In this document: positions 9,555-20,241 of the stretch, in pieces | How the letters are laid out: every line of letters starts with the position of its first letter | How positions within the stretch are numbered: the stretch's first letter is position 1 | Program-made: the position numbers and the translations under genes | Notes under the pieces: generated by a model | The model's input: only the letters and a program-made list of their open reading frames with translations | What the model was told of the DNA's origin: nothing | Databases searched by the model: none | From: an uncultured Eubacteriales bacterium | GTDB taxonomy: Bacteria > Bacillota > Clostridia > Tissierellales > Peptoniphilaceae | Reading direction: 5' to 3' | Length of the DNA stretch: 64,000 bases | Assembly (NCBI GenBank): GCA_900540185.1 | Contig: UQFH01000002.1 | Coordinates: forward strand, 16,817 to 80,816

Positions 9555-10241
9555 CTATTTTACGTCTTCCAAAAGGATTTTTTCGAGTTTCAAAGGTTCG
9601 ATATATTCGTCGCCTTTGTATGCACGCATGTTTCCGCCTGAAATTTCGTCGATGAGTGCGACTTTACCGTCGATCATACCGAATTCGAATTTAATATCGT
9701 AAAGTTCGAGACCCTTTTTATCGAGTTCTTCTTTAACAAATTCGCCGATATGTTTTGCAAGATCAACAAGTTCTTCGTATTCGTCGCCTGTCATAATTCC
9801 GAGCATTTCAAGAGCGTCCTTTGTGATTAGAGGATCGTCTCTGTCGTCATCCTTTAGAGTGATTTCAACATATGAAGGAAGCTTCATTCCCGATTCGGCA
9901 TATTGTCCGTAACGTCTGATGAATGAGCCGACAGCTCTGTATCTTACAATAACTTCAACACCGTTTCCGAAAACTTTTGCCTTCTTTACAACAGCTTCAT
10001 TTTTTTCAGTGTCTGCTGAAACGAAGTGTGTGTTTAAGCCCTTTTCGTTAAGTTTTTCATAGAAGAATTTTGTAAGCATGCAAGCTGAGTGTCCTGCGCC
10101 TTCCATAGTGAGTCCGACATGATTTTGACCCGGGTCGAAAACTCCGTCCTTTCCGGTTACATCGTCTTTAAACTTGAGTAAAACTTCTTTGTCGTTTAAT
10201 TCATAAACGTCTTTTGTTTTTCCTTGGTATAATTTTTTCAA
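9555..10241 (-). CDS. purC: phosphoribosylaminoimidazole-succinocarboxamide synthase (SAICAR synthetase)
   Basis: 228 aa beginning MKKLYQGKTKDVYELND, which is PurC-typical. Confidence 0.9.
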   Translation of the reverse strand: MKKLYQGKTKDVYELNDKEVLLKFKDDVTGKDGVFDPGQNHVGLTMEGAGHSACMLTKFFYEKLNEKGLNTHFVSADTEKNEAVVKKAKVFGNGVEVIVRYRAVGSFIRRYGQYAESGMKLPSYVEITLKDDDRDDPLITKDALEMLGIMTGDEYEELVDLAKHIGEFVKEELDKKGLELYDIKFEFGMIDGKVALIDEISGGNMRAYKGDEYIEPLKLEKILLEDVK

Positions 10242-10363
10242 AGTAAACCCCCCAATCCACTCATTATTTTATACCTAAGCGGCGCGTGTTGTCAAGTGAT
10301 TCAAGATATATTTTCGAATATATGTAAAATTTGTGGTATAATTAAATTAAAAAGGAGAGAAAA

Positions 10364-11548
10364 ATGGATATAAAAGAATTGCGCCGCGAGTTTCACAAAA
10401 TCCCTGAAACAGGCTTTAAAGAATATAAAACTACAAGAAAAATTATTTCTTATTTAAAAAACTTTGAAAACGGAAAACTTATTTTCGGAAAAAGGCTTTA
10501 TGGCAAATCCGAAGTTTCAAGCGATGCGGATATCGACGAGGGTTACACCGGAGCTTTGATAGAGTTCGGACACGCACCGTTTTTTATGTTCCGCTCGGAC
10601 ATCGACGCCCTTCCGGTTTTGGAATCGACGAGCGATGAACATGTTCCGAAAAATTTAGGATTTCGCTCGGAAATCGACGGAAATATGCACGCCTGCGGTC
10701 ACGACGGACACATTTCAATCGCTTTAAAACTTGCGGAAATATTCAATAAAGAGCCAAATCTTTATTCGGGAAGGGGTGTAAGAATTTTATTTCAACCCGC
10801 GGAAGAAGGAGTGCAAGGCGCTGCAAAAATTCCGGAGTTTGTGACAAAAGACGTTGACAATATGATTGGATACCACATAGGACTCGGCGAGCCCGAAGGC
10901 TTTATAGGAGTCGGAAGCACGAATTTTCTTGGAGTCAAAAAACTTCTCGTAAAATTTTTCGGAAAAGCCGCACACGCCGCAAACAATCCGGAAAATGGAA
11001 TTTCAGCACTAAATATGGCGCTCGCATTTATAAATTTAAATCGAACTTTGATTGAAGATTCAAAGAAAAAGCGCGTGATGAATATCGGGATGATTCACGG
11101 AGGAAATGCGCTAAACATCATAATGGATGAAATAACTCTCGGCATCGACCTTCGCGCAATCGACAACGATGTGCTGGACGAAATGTACGAAACGATTTTG
11201 AAAACTTCGAGAAATATTTCCGAGGCGGTCGGTGGAAGTTCGACTGTTGAGATTATCGGGGAAGCTTGGGGGTATGTTGAGGAAGACGGAGAGCTCACCG
11301 AAAAATTGTCGAAAAATTTAAGAGATGCGGGATTTAAAACGACCATTAATCCGAATTTCGGCGCAAGCGAAGACGTGACGAAATATATTCTGGATGTTAA
11401 AGAAAACGGCGGAAAAGCAATTCACCTTCTTTTCGGCGCCGACCTTGCGGGGAGTCACCATAGCTCGACCTTTGACTTCGACGACGAGAATCTCGAAAAA
11501 TATTTCAATGCAACACTTTTAACATATGAATCCATGCTCAAAAATTAA
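10364..11548 (+). CDS. M20-family amidohydrolase (N-acyl-amino acid amidohydrolase-like)
   Basis: 394 aa. HACGHDGH metal-binding motif and M20D architecture. Confidence 0.8.
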   Translation: MDIKELRREFHKIPETGFKEYKTTRKIISYLKNFENGKLIFGKRLYGKSEVSSDADIDEGYTGALIEFGHAPFFMFRSDIDALPVLESTSDEHVPKNLGFRSEIDGNMHACGHDGHISIALKLAEIFNKEPNLYSGRGVRILFQPAEEGVQGAAKIPEFVTKDVDNMIGYHIGLGEPEGFIGVGSTNFLGVKKLLVKFFGKAAHAANNPENGISALNMALAFINLNRTLIEDSKKKRVMNIGMIHGGNALNIIMDEITLGIDLRAIDNDVLDEMYETILKTSRNISEAVGGSSTVEIIGEAWGYVEEDGELTEKLSKNLRDAGFKTTINPNFGASEDVTKYILDVKENGGKAIHLLFGADLAGSHHSSTFDFDDENLEKYFNATLLTYESMLKN

Positions 11549-11568
11549 GCGGTTATGCCGCTTTTTTG
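11549..11568 (+). terminator. terminator
   Basis: GCGGTTATGCCGC followed by TTTTTTG. Confidence 0.5.
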
Positions 11569-11660
11569 TGAGATTTTTTTCGACACTTATTTTTCAACTC
11601 GAGAGACCTGTGTTTGAAAAAAACACCGTTTTAATATAAAATAGAAGAGGAGGAATTTAT

Positions 11661-12641
11661 ATGATTTATGTTATAAATAAGAGCGTTGATCCTTCTTTTA
11701 ATCACGCGCTTGAAGAATATTTTTTAAAGGATACTAGCGAGTCGGTTTTTATGATTTGGCAAAATGAGCCGACGGTTTTGATCGGGAGAAATCAAAATTT
11801 GGAGCTTGAGATAAATACAGATTTTACAAAAGCACATGATATGCACGTTGTGAGAAGACTTTCGGGCGGCGGCACGGTTTATTGCGATTTGAACAACTGT
11901 CAATACACTTTTATCACCAATCGCGACGACAAGAATGAAAATCTTTTTAAAAGTTTTGCGCACCCCGTTGTTTTGGCTCTAAAAAAATTGGGGCTCGATG
12001 CGGATTTTACGGGTAGAAATGACATAATGATTGGCGACAAAAAAGTTTCCGGGAATGCTCAGTACCGCTACAAGGACAGAATCATTCACCACGGAACTCT
12101 TCTTTTTGATGCGGATATGGAGCTTTTGTCGGGTTCGATGAAGGCGCGAGAAATAAAATTTATAGATAAAAATGTTCATTCGCATCGTGCGCATGTGGGT
12201 CTTATAAAAAATTACGTGGACATGGATGTGCATGAATTTATAGATTATATTGCAAAAAATATTGTGGATTATCATAATATTTCTGAAATTCGCGAGCCGT
12301 CAAATGATGAGCTCGAGGGTTTGAAGAAGTATTTGTCGGACTTTCCGGATTTTAACAAAACGGGATATGACAAGGAGCATTCGAGAAAATATATGGCGAA
12401 GAAATATCCGTTCGGACTTGTTGAGTACGGGCTCGACGACGAGGACGGAAAGATAAAAAAACTGAAGATTATGGGAGACTTCTTTTTGAATAATGAATTG
12501 GAGCCGTTTTTGAGTTCGATTCGGGGTATAGATATAGAGTCGATTGAAGACGAGCTCAAATTTGATATCGGAGATTTTATAATCGGCATGACAAATGACG
12601 ATTTTATTTCCGATTTGAAGCATTTATATAGAGGAGAATAG
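11661..12641 (+). CDS. lplA: lipoate-protein ligase A
   Basis: 326 aa. RRLSGGGTVYCD... is typical of LplA/BPL_LplA_LipB. Confidence 0.85.
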   Translation: MIYVINKSVDPSFNHALEEYFLKDTSESVFMIWQNEPTVLIGRNQNLELEINTDFTKAHDMHVVRRLSGGGTVYCDLNNCQYTFITNRDDKNENLFKSFAHPVVLALKKLGLDADFTGRNDIMIGDKKVSGNAQYRYKDRIIHHGTLLFDADMELLSGSMKAREIKFIDKNVHSHRAHVGLIKNYVDMDVHEFIDYIAKNIVDYHNISEIREPSNDELEGLKKYLSDFPDFNKTGYDKEHSRKYMAKKYPFGLVEYGLDDEDGKIKKLKIMGDFFLNNELEPFLSSIRGIDIESIEDELKFDIGDFIIGMTNDDFISDLKHLYRGE

Positions 12642-12643
12642 TT

Positions 12644-13504
12644 ATGAGTGAGAAAAAAACTAAGCATTTAAAAAAGCCGGAGTGGATTAAGGTCAAACTT
12701 CAGGGCAACCAAAATTCCAACACGGTTGAACATACACTTTTAAATTATAATTTAAACACTGTTTGCTCGGAGGCGAATTGTCCGAACAAGATGGAGTGCT
12801 ACGCTGCGAGAACTGCGACATTTATGATTCTCGGGAAAAATTGTACGAGAAATTGCAGATTTTGCAATGTTACTACAAAGAAGCCGGAGCCTGTGAACAA
12901 GTTTGAACCGCAGGAAGTTGCTTTTGCGGTACAGAAACTCGGACTTAAACATGCGGTCGTGACGAGTGTCGACAGAGACGATTTGGAGGATTACGGCGCG
13001 GAGCATTTCAAGCGCGTGTGCGAGGAGATAAAAAAAGTAAATCCGGGCACGACAGTCGAGCTTTTGATTCCGGATATGCACGCAGTGCACGAACATTTGG
13101 ACACGATTTTCAGCGCAAAGCCGGACATCATAAACCACAATGTTGAAGTTGTGCCGGAGTTTTTTGAGGAAATTTGTCCGCAGTCAAATATGGACTGGAG
13201 TCTCGAGGTTTTGAGATATGCAAAGGAAAAGGGATTTATCACGAAGTCTGGCATGATGGTCGGATTCGGCGAAACCGAAGAGATGGTTGTAAATCTCATG
13301 AAAATGCTTCGAAGCGTTGACTGCGACATGCTCACAATCGGGCAATATCTCCAACCTTCGAGAAAACACGCCGACGTTGTGGAATATGTAACGCCGGAGC
13401 AATTTGAAAGATACAAAGAGCTCGGACTTGAACTCGGATTTAAGAGCGTTTCGAGCGGACCTTTCGTGCGAAGCAGCTACCACGCGCAAATGTTGGAAGG
13501 ATAG
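12644..13504 (+). CDS. lipA: lipoyl synthase
   Basis: CPNKMECY plus CTRNCRFCNV radical-SAM clusters. Confidence 0.92.
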   Translation: MSEKKTKHLKKPEWIKVKLQGNQNSNTVEHTLLNYNLNTVCSEANCPNKMECYAARTATFMILGKNCTRNCRFCNVTTKKPEPVNKFEPQEVAFAVQKLGLKHAVVTSVDRDDLEDYGAEHFKRVCEEIKKVNPGTTVELLIPDMHAVHEHLDTIFSAKPDIINHNVEVVPEFFEEICPQSNMDWSLEVLRYAKEKGFITKSGMMVGFGETEEMVVNLMKMLRSVDCDMLTIGQYLQPSRKHADVVEYVTPEQFERYKELGLELGFKSVSSGPFVRSSYHAQMLEG

Positions 13505-13505
13505 A

Positions 13506-14327
13506 ATGAAAAGAGTTAGAATTTTTTTGAATGAATACCCGTCGTCAATCGAAGTTGCAAACGAACTCGAGGAGCGCTTTCGCTCGCTCGGCGTTGAGGC
13601 GGAACAGGTCTATATAAAATCGCTCGACAACAAGGGCGGAGATTTTGACGTAAACATTGTTGTTGGGGGCGACGGTACATTTTTGCAATCGGTGAGACTG
13701 AGCGAATTTCATTCGGCGCCGTTTATCGGAATAAACACCGGCGGACTTGGATTTTTCCAGGAAATCGGCGTTGACGAAATTCCGACGCTTGTGCATATGC
13801 TGAAAAAAGAAGAATTTATTACCGACGAAATGAAACTCATAAAATCCGTCGCAACCACAAGTGACGGCAGCGAACTCTCGTTTTATGCGATAAACGAAAT
13901 TCTTATAAAGGGAATAAATTCGAAAGTCATCCACATGGACGTCTATGTCGAAAGAAATTTCCTGCAAAAATTTTCAGGAGACGGCATCATCATCTCGACA
14001 TCCGTCGGCTCGACCGCATACAACTTCTCGGTCGGCGGTGCGATTGTGCACCCGAGCATCGAAACAATGCAAATGAGTCCGCTCGCACCGATTTCAAGTG
14101 CGGCATATCGTTCGCTTCTAAATCCGATCGTCATGCCGGGAAATTACACCATCGACATCTACCCTGAAACGAAATACGAAAAATCCGTCTTGATAGTCGA
14201 AGACGGCGTTGAAAACTTTGTCAGAAACATTCGAAAAATCGAAACCACAATCAGCAACACTTTCGTGAACAGACTGCATTTGGATAAGGATATTTATTGG
14301 AAGAACTTAAAAGACAAATTCATTTAG
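13506..14327 (+). CDS. nadK: NAD(+) kinase
   Basis: GGDGTFL and NEI/DGxxxSTxxGSTAYS motifs. The real start is probably the ATG at 13506, directly after the lipA stop. The ORF-track start at 13404 overlaps lipA. Confidence 0.85.
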   Translation: MKRVRIFLNEYPSSIEVANELEERFRSLGVEAEQVYIKSLDNKGGDFDVNIVVGGDGTFLQSVRLSEFHSAPFIGINTGGLGFFQEIGVDEIPTLVHMLKKEEFITDEMKLIKSVATTSDGSELSFYAINEILIKGINSKVIHMDVYVERNFLQKFSGDGIIISTSVGSTAYNFSVGGAIVHPSIETMQMSPLAPISSAAYRSLLNPIVMPGNYTIDIYPETKYEKSVLIVEDGVENFVRNIRKIETTISNTFVNRLHLDKDIYWKNLKDKFI

Positions 14328-14332
14328 AAAAA

Positions 14333-14790
14333 TTTGCGGTCTATTTTGCGATAAACGACTGATCTCGTGTTTTAGTCGTTGCGGCATATTTACCAATATG
14401 CCTCACTCCAAAAACACTCAATCTAGCCGTTTCTCATCAAAATATCCTCGCAAATGGGTGGGGATTAATTGTAGAAAATGGAAAACACAGCACGTAACGG
14501 CGACCGGTTTTTTATCCATCGAGCAGAAATCTATGATTTCGTCGTGAAATGAGATAAAAAAGTGTATCGCCGCCAATATGGAGAATGAAATGGATAGATT
14601 TTGAAACCGCGAAAGGATGGTTGAAAATAAAAATCGTAAATATGTTATACGTCAACATTAGCTCCATGTGAAAATAAATTAATGTATATGGTATATTGTT
14701 GTATGGGATTACGCTCTTTGTAGCGTCGCATTACATTGCGACGCATGAGATATAGACAAACAGACGTGTATGTGCAATAAAATTTTGCAA
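14333..14790. repeat. intergenic repeat cluster B (diverged R1, R2a, R3)
   Basis: R1 at 14333-14455, R2a at 14490-14578 and R3 at 14672-14790 match cluster A units. Confidence 0.8.
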
Positions 14791-14876
14791 TTAAATAAAA
14801 GCAGCACGTGGGAGTATCGCCGCAAAAAATATTTACAATCAAAATTTATGTTTAATACAAATTTTCAGGAGGAATT

Positions 14877-16265
14877 ATGAAAGAAAAAGAATTGATTTAC
14901 AGAGACGAAGTTGACTCTTTAGGTGTTGTTAAGGTTCAAAGTGAGAATCTTTGGGGTGCTGTAACTGAAAGAGGAAGAAAGATGTATGCGGTGACGGACG
15001 AGACTGTCGATATGGAAATTGTAAGAGCGGTCGCAATGATAAAAAAAGCGGCGGCTATCGCAAACGAAAAGCTCGGCGTTTTGAGCACGGAAAAGCGTGA
15101 CAGAATAAGTCTTGCGGTTGACCAAATTCTCACGGGAAAATTTGACGACAATTTTCCGCTTTCCGTATATCAAACGGGTTCCGGAACTGCAACGAACATG
15201 AATGTGAATGAGGTTATAAAAAATATAAATAATTTGGGACTCATAGGCGACGACTCTGTTTCGCTTCATCCGAATGACGATGTGAACAAGTCGCAAAGCA
15301 CAAACTGTGTTTTTCCGACGGCGATAAATGTTGCGGTAATACTAAATTTGAAAAAGGGGCTTATTCCGGCGCTCGAAAATCTTGTGACAACTTTGGACAG
15401 AAAAATTGAAGAGTTTGACGGCGTGATAAAAATCGGAAGAACTCACCTTGAAGATGCAACGCCGATTTTGATTTCAGATGAATTTATAGCATATCGCGAC
15501 ACATTTATGAGAGACATCGAAAAAATCAAGGAGCAAATTGAATATTTGAGCCATGTGCCTCTTGGAGGTACCGCTGTGGGCACGGGACTAAATACGCCGC
15601 CGGGATATGACAAGCTTGCGGTGGAAGCTCTTGGCGAAATTGCCGGAATAGATCTGATTCCTATGAAAGACAAATTTATGGGGCTTTCAATGAAAAATGA
15701 CATTGCAACCGCATATGGCGCTATCGCGTCTCTGTCGATGAACTTGTTTAAATTTTTAAATGATATACGCCTGATGCAGTCGGGTCCAAGAGCCGGTTTT
15801 TCCGAAATTATTATCCCTGCAAATGAACCGGGAAGTTCGATAATGCCGGGAAAAGTAAATCCGACTCAAATTGAAATGCTCACACAAATCGCATTGAGAG
15901 TCTATGGTGCAAATGCGACAATTCTATTTGCCTCAGGTCAAGGAAACTTTGAGCTGAACGTCTACATGCCTCTCATTGCAAACCAATTTATAAAAACGGC
16001 TCGGGAACTCGCAAACGGAATTGAAAGTTTCAACGAAAATTGCCTCAAAGGTATAAAATTGAACAGAGAAAAGATAGAAAAATACCTTGAAGAAAGCTTG
16101 ATGCTCGTGACTGCGCTAAATCCACACATCGGCTACATCAACAGCGCGAAAATCGCAAAAAATGCATATGAAAAGGGAATAACACTCAAACAATCTGCAC
16201 TGGAGTTGGAACTGCTTACGGAAGAGGAGTTTGATATTATAGTCGATCCCACAAAAATGGTTTAA
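14877..16265 (+). CDS. class II fumarate hydratase / aspartate ammonia-lyase family enzyme
   Basis: 462 aa. GSSIMPGKVNPTQIE signature. A fumarase-versus-aspartase assignment is not secure from sequence alone. Confidence 0.8.
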   Translation: MKEKELIYRDEVDSLGVVKVQSENLWGAVTERGRKMYAVTDETVDMEIVRAVAMIKKAAAIANEKLGVLSTEKRDRISLAVDQILTGKFDDNFPLSVYQTGSGTATNMNVNEVIKNINNLGLIGDDSVSLHPNDDVNKSQSTNCVFPTAINVAVILNLKKGLIPALENLVTTLDRKIEEFDGVIKIGRTHLEDATPILISDEFIAYRDTFMRDIEKIKEQIEYLSHVPLGGTAVGTGLNTPPGYDKLAVEALGEIAGIDLIPMKDKFMGLSMKNDIATAYGAIASLSMNLFKFLNDIRLMQSGPRAGFSEIIIPANEPGSSIMPGKVNPTQIEMLTQIALRVYGANATILFASGQGNFELNVYMPLIANQFIKTARELANGIESFNENCLKGIKLNREKIEKYLEESLMLVTALNPHIGYINSAKIAKNAYEKGITLKQSALELELLTEEEFDIIVDPTKMV

Positions 16266-16270
16266 AATTA

Positions 16271-16905
16271 ATTTGCGCGCTATTTTGCGATAAACGGTTG
16301 ATTCAATATTTCAGTCGCTGCGACGTACTTGCCAGTACGCCTCACTCCTAAAATATTTCATCTAACCGTTTCTCATCAAAATATCATCGCAAATAACAGT
16401 GTGTTTTAATTGTATAAAATGGCAAACACAGCCGTAGCGGGACGGTTCTGCGAATCCTCCTGCCTAAACACCTGCGCAATCAAAAATTAAGTTTACGGCG
16501 CATGTCATCAAAATATCCTCGCAAATTATTGGATAGTATTTGCGGTTTGCAGTCAACGTCTGCGACTCATTTCTCCTATTCGTCGAAATGTCGCCGGACG
16601 TCTTTGCGGAAGACCTACCATCGTGTTTTTGATTTGAAAAATCAAAAAGCACGGGTTAGGGCTATCTTTTCGCGATAAACGCTTGATTCATATTTTAGTC
16701 GCTGCGACGTACCTATCAGTACGCCTCACTCCTAAAATATTTCATCTAAGCGTTTCTCATCGAAAATTCCACGCAAATAACAGTGTGTATAAATTGTATA
16801 AAATTACAAACGCCATCCGTAACGGCGACCGGTTTTTCGACGCACGAAATAGAAATCTTTGATTTTGTAATTGAGTGCAGAGAAAAGCGTATCGCCGCTA
16901 TAATG
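16271..16905. repeat. intergenic repeat cluster C (R1, R2c plus R1b tail, inverted R4 inner piece, 5'-truncated R1, R2b)
   Basis: R1 at 16271-16398 and 16664-16782. 16536-16665 is the reverse complement of 4770-4885. R2b at 16809-16903. Confidence 0.85.
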
Positions 16906-17200
16906 GAGAATTGTTTGGGGTTTTTTATTTCATCAAAAATCAAACGACAAAACCGGTGCAATGACACCGCTCTTCCTTACGTTGTAACGTATTTCGTCAC
17001 GCTACGCCGTGCTTGCGAATGAAGACAAGTCAATAATTTAAACTTTTCATTCATTTTTCAAAATATTTTCTCGATTTTTTTATTTTCAAATTATATCATT
17101 CGTTATTTTCGTTGTGTGTTGGGTAATAATATTTGTGAAGGGTTAAAAATGTTGTGCGAATAGTTTGCACAGTTTTTAATTTATTTAAGGAGGTATTAAT

Positions 17201-17710
17201 ATGGAAGAAAGAAAAGGTGCTATCACATTTATGAAGGATCCGATGACTTTGATTGGACCGGAAGTAAAGGTTGGCGATAAGGCTCAAGATTTTGAAGCAA
17301 CAAAGAAGGATTTAAGCGATTTTTGTCTATGTGAATTAAAGGGAAAGACTGTTGTTATCAGCGTTGTTCCTTCAATCGACACGCCGGTTTGTGAAGAACA
17401 AACCAAGATTTTCAACAAGGAAGCTTCTGATTTGAAGGATGTTGTTATTCTTACAATCAGCTGCGATTTGCCGTTTGCACAAGCAAATTTCTGCGCTGCA
17501 AAGGGTATTGACAATTTAATTATGTTGTCAGATTACAAGGCACACGATTTCGGAACGAAGTACGGCTTTTTGATTAAGGAACTCATGCTTCTTGCAAGAG
17601 GTGTCGTTATCATCGACAAGGAAGGCGTTGTGAAGTATGTAGAATATGTTCCTGAAGCAACGAATTTGCCTGATTTTGACAAGGCTCTTGAAGCTTTAAA
17701 GAGTTTATAG
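17201..17710 (+). CDS. tpx: thiol peroxidase (atypical 2-Cys peroxiredoxin)
   Basis: 169 aa. VPSIDTPVCEEQ active site. Confidence 0.9.
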   Translation: MEERKGAITFMKDPMTLIGPEVKVGDKAQDFEATKKDLSDFCLCELKGKTVVISVVPSIDTPVCEEQTKIFNKEASDLKDVVILTISCDLPFAQANFCAAKGIDNLIMLSDYKAHDFGTKYGFLIKELMLLARGVVIIDKEGVVKYVEYVPEATNLPDFDKALEALKSL

Positions 17711-17764
17711 TTTAATAGCCCGCCGTTTTTACGTGCGGGTTTTTCTGTACTTAAGGAGGTTTTT

Positions 17765-18916
17765 ATGGACGGTTTTATTTTTAGAAATCCGGTTAAGATT
17801 ATTTTCAAGGAAGGCGCAGTCGAACATTTGAAGGAAGAGATTAAACCATACAATCGCATTCTTCTCGTTTACGGCGGCGGCAGTATTAAAAAGACCGGAA
17901 TTTACGACAAGGTTATGAAGGGGCTCGAAGGAAAGTCTGTAACTGAACTTTCGGGGATTATTCCAAATCCTGAAACAACAAAGGTGTACGAAGGAATCGA
18001 GCTCTGTCGAAAAAATGACATAGATTTTATTTTAGCGGTCGGCGGAGGCTCGGTCATCGACTCCGCAAAAGCGATTGCCGCAGGGGCAAAGCTTGACGGC
18101 GATTTTTGGGATGAGCTTTTTATGAAGAAGAACGATATTACGGATGCGATTCCGCTTGGCTCTGTGCTTACAATGGTCGGCACGGGCTCCGAAATGAATT
18201 CGGGCGGCGTTATTACAAATCCGGATGTAAAGATTAAATGCTCATACGGAAATCCGCTTCTCTATCCGGTGTTTTCACTTCTCGACCCGACTTTCACATA
18301 TACTGTTCCGAAAATTCAAATGGTTTCGGGAATTGTGGATATGTTCAGCCACATTATGGAAGTTTATTTCAGTTTGCCGGACGACGACAATATTTCGGAC
18401 AATTTGAGCGAAAGTTTGATGGCGGCGGTTATAAGAAATGCGCGCGTTGCAATTAAAAATCAGGAGGACTACGGCGCAAGAAGCAATTTAATGTGGATTG
18501 CAAGCCTTGCAATAAACGGTCTATTGGCGCTCGGCAAGGGCGAAGATTGGCAAAGTCACACGCTTGAGCACACGCTGAGCGCATATTATCACATTCCGCA
18601 CGGTCTCGGTCTTGCGATTGTGCATCCGCATTATTTGAAATATGTTTACAAGGGTCACGGCGAAAAGTTCAAGAGATTTTTAAAGAGAGTTTTCGATGTT
18701 GATGCAAGTGGAATGAATGAAGATGAAGCAGCGGAACTTGCAATCGAAAAGATTCAGGAATTTTTCAAGGAACTCGGCGCTCCGACAAAGCTTCACGAGA
18801 TGGATATCGACGAGTCGAGACTCGAAGAGATGGCAATGAATACGGACGAGTTCAAGGTCGATTATTCGGATTTGAAGCACGAAGACATTTTAAAGATTTA
18901 TAAATCTGCTCTTTAG
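17765..18916 (+). CDS. iron-containing (class III) alcohol dehydrogenase
   Basis: 383 aa. GGGS...D glycine-rich NAD motif and His-rich Fe site (HTLEH, HGLGLAIVHPH). Confidence 0.85.
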   Translation: MDGFIFRNPVKIIFKEGAVEHLKEEIKPYNRILLVYGGGSIKKTGIYDKVMKGLEGKSVTELSGIIPNPETTKVYEGIELCRKNDIDFILAVGGGSVIDSAKAIAAGAKLDGDFWDELFMKKNDITDAIPLGSVLTMVGTGSEMNSGGVITNPDVKIKCSYGNPLLYPVFSLLDPTFTYTVPKIQMVSGIVDMFSHIMEVYFSLPDDDNISDNLSESLMAAVIRNARVAIKNQEDYGARSNLMWIASLAINGLLALGKGEDWQSHTLEHTLSAYYHIPHGLGLAIVHPHYLKYVYKGHGEKFKRFLKRVFDVDASGMNEDEAAELAIEKIQEFFKELGAPTKLHEMDIDESRLEEMAMNTDEFKVDYSDLKHEDILKIYKSAL

Positions 18917-18925
18917 AGGCGCGAC

Positions 18926-19816
18926 ATGACGATTATTTCAACTTGGGAGATAAGTTTTCAGGGCGTGAAGATTGCGCGCGACCTTTTGAAAGAAGGAAAG
19001 AGTGTTGAAGATGCGATTTGCGGGCTCATAAACGATATCGAGCTCAATCCAGATTTTCACAATGTGGGTTATTCGGGGTGGCCGAATGAAGAGGGCGACG
19101 TTGAGCTTGACGCAGCAATTATGGACGGCGATACTTTGAGCTTCGGAGCAGTTGCATCTATGAGAAATATAAAGACGCCGGTTTCCGTTGCGAGACTTCT
19201 TGTCGGTAGACCTTATGACAATTTCATTGTGGGCGACGGTGCGCTTCAATTTGCACTTGAAAACGGTTTTAAGAGCGAGGAACTTTTGACTGAACCTGCA
19301 AAGGCAAGATGGCTGCAAAAGATTCACGACATGACTGACCTTGACAAGGGACACGACACCGTCGGCTCGGTTATTGCAAGCGGCGGTAGAGTTGTAGCTG
19401 CAACTTCGACGTCGGGACTTTTCATGAAGAGAAAAGGAAGAGTCGGCGACTCACCGCTTGTTGGTCCGGGGCTTTATGCAGACAGCGAAATCGGAGGAGC
19501 AACTGCGACCGGAGTTGGCGAAGATATTATGAAGGGAACGCTTTCTTTTCAAATTGTGAATCTTATGAAGTCGGGAATGAGTCCGAGCGAAGCCGCGGGA
19601 AAGGCAGTTAAAGATTTGCACGAAAATCTCATAAGAAAAAATCAAAAGCCGAGAGATTTTTCCGTAGTTTGCGTGAACAAAGACGGAGAATGGGGCGCCG
19701 CTTCAAACAGAGATGAATTTCCATTTGTGGTTTGCACGGGCGATGAAGTCGAATATTATGTTTCGAAAGATTTCGGCAAAGTTTATGAAAAGAGAAAGAA
19801 TCAATATGACATTTAA
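18926..19816 (+). CDS. Ntn-hydrolase isoaspartyl peptidase / L-asparaginase (asparaginase 2 family)
   Basis: GHDTVGSV autoproteolysis and nucleophile motif. Confidence 0.8.
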   Translation: MTIISTWEISFQGVKIARDLLKEGKSVEDAICGLINDIELNPDFHNVGYSGWPNEEGDVELDAAIMDGDTLSFGAVASMRNIKTPVSVARLLVGRPYDNFIVGDGALQFALENGFKSEELLTEPAKARWLQKIHDMTDLDKGHDTVGSVIASGGRVVAATSTSGLFMKRKGRVGDSPLVGPGLYADSEIGGATATGVGEDIMKGTLSFQIVNLMKSGMSPSEAAGKAVKDLHENLIRKNQKPRDFSVVCVNKDGEWGAASNRDEFPFVVCTGDEVEYYVSKDFGKVYEKRKNQYDI

Positions 19817-20241
19817 AAAGTGGGGAAACCCACTTTTTTTATTTTATTTAAAAAAATTTTTTGAAAAAAATTGATAGAAAAATTTGCGTACATATTTTTG
19901 AAAAAAATCGCGTCGACTTATTTCATTTTTTTAATTGTGAGAAACTGCTTTGTCAAAACTAATTGTAGAAAATATTGAAATTAATTTTTGTATCAATTAT
20001 TTTTATTTGACTTTATAAGAAGTTGCATATTTATTTTCAGAGTTTTAAAAAGTTTGAGAAATATTTACGCAACACTTGTTTATTTAGCGTAACAATAAAT
20101 TATTTAATATTTTACACAGTTTACACAATTGAGAAAATGGAGATTGAATATTATCAAATCAAGTTTGACAAAGAAAATCATATATCGTATAATAATCGAC
20201 GGTAATGAAAATCATTATCAAATTATAAAAAGGAGAAAACT

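Noticed and set aside
13404-13505. Long N-terminal extension of nadK overlapping lipA.
   Set aside because: The extension is in the lipA coding region. An ATG at 13506 directly follows the lipA stop and yields a normal NAD kinase N-terminus.
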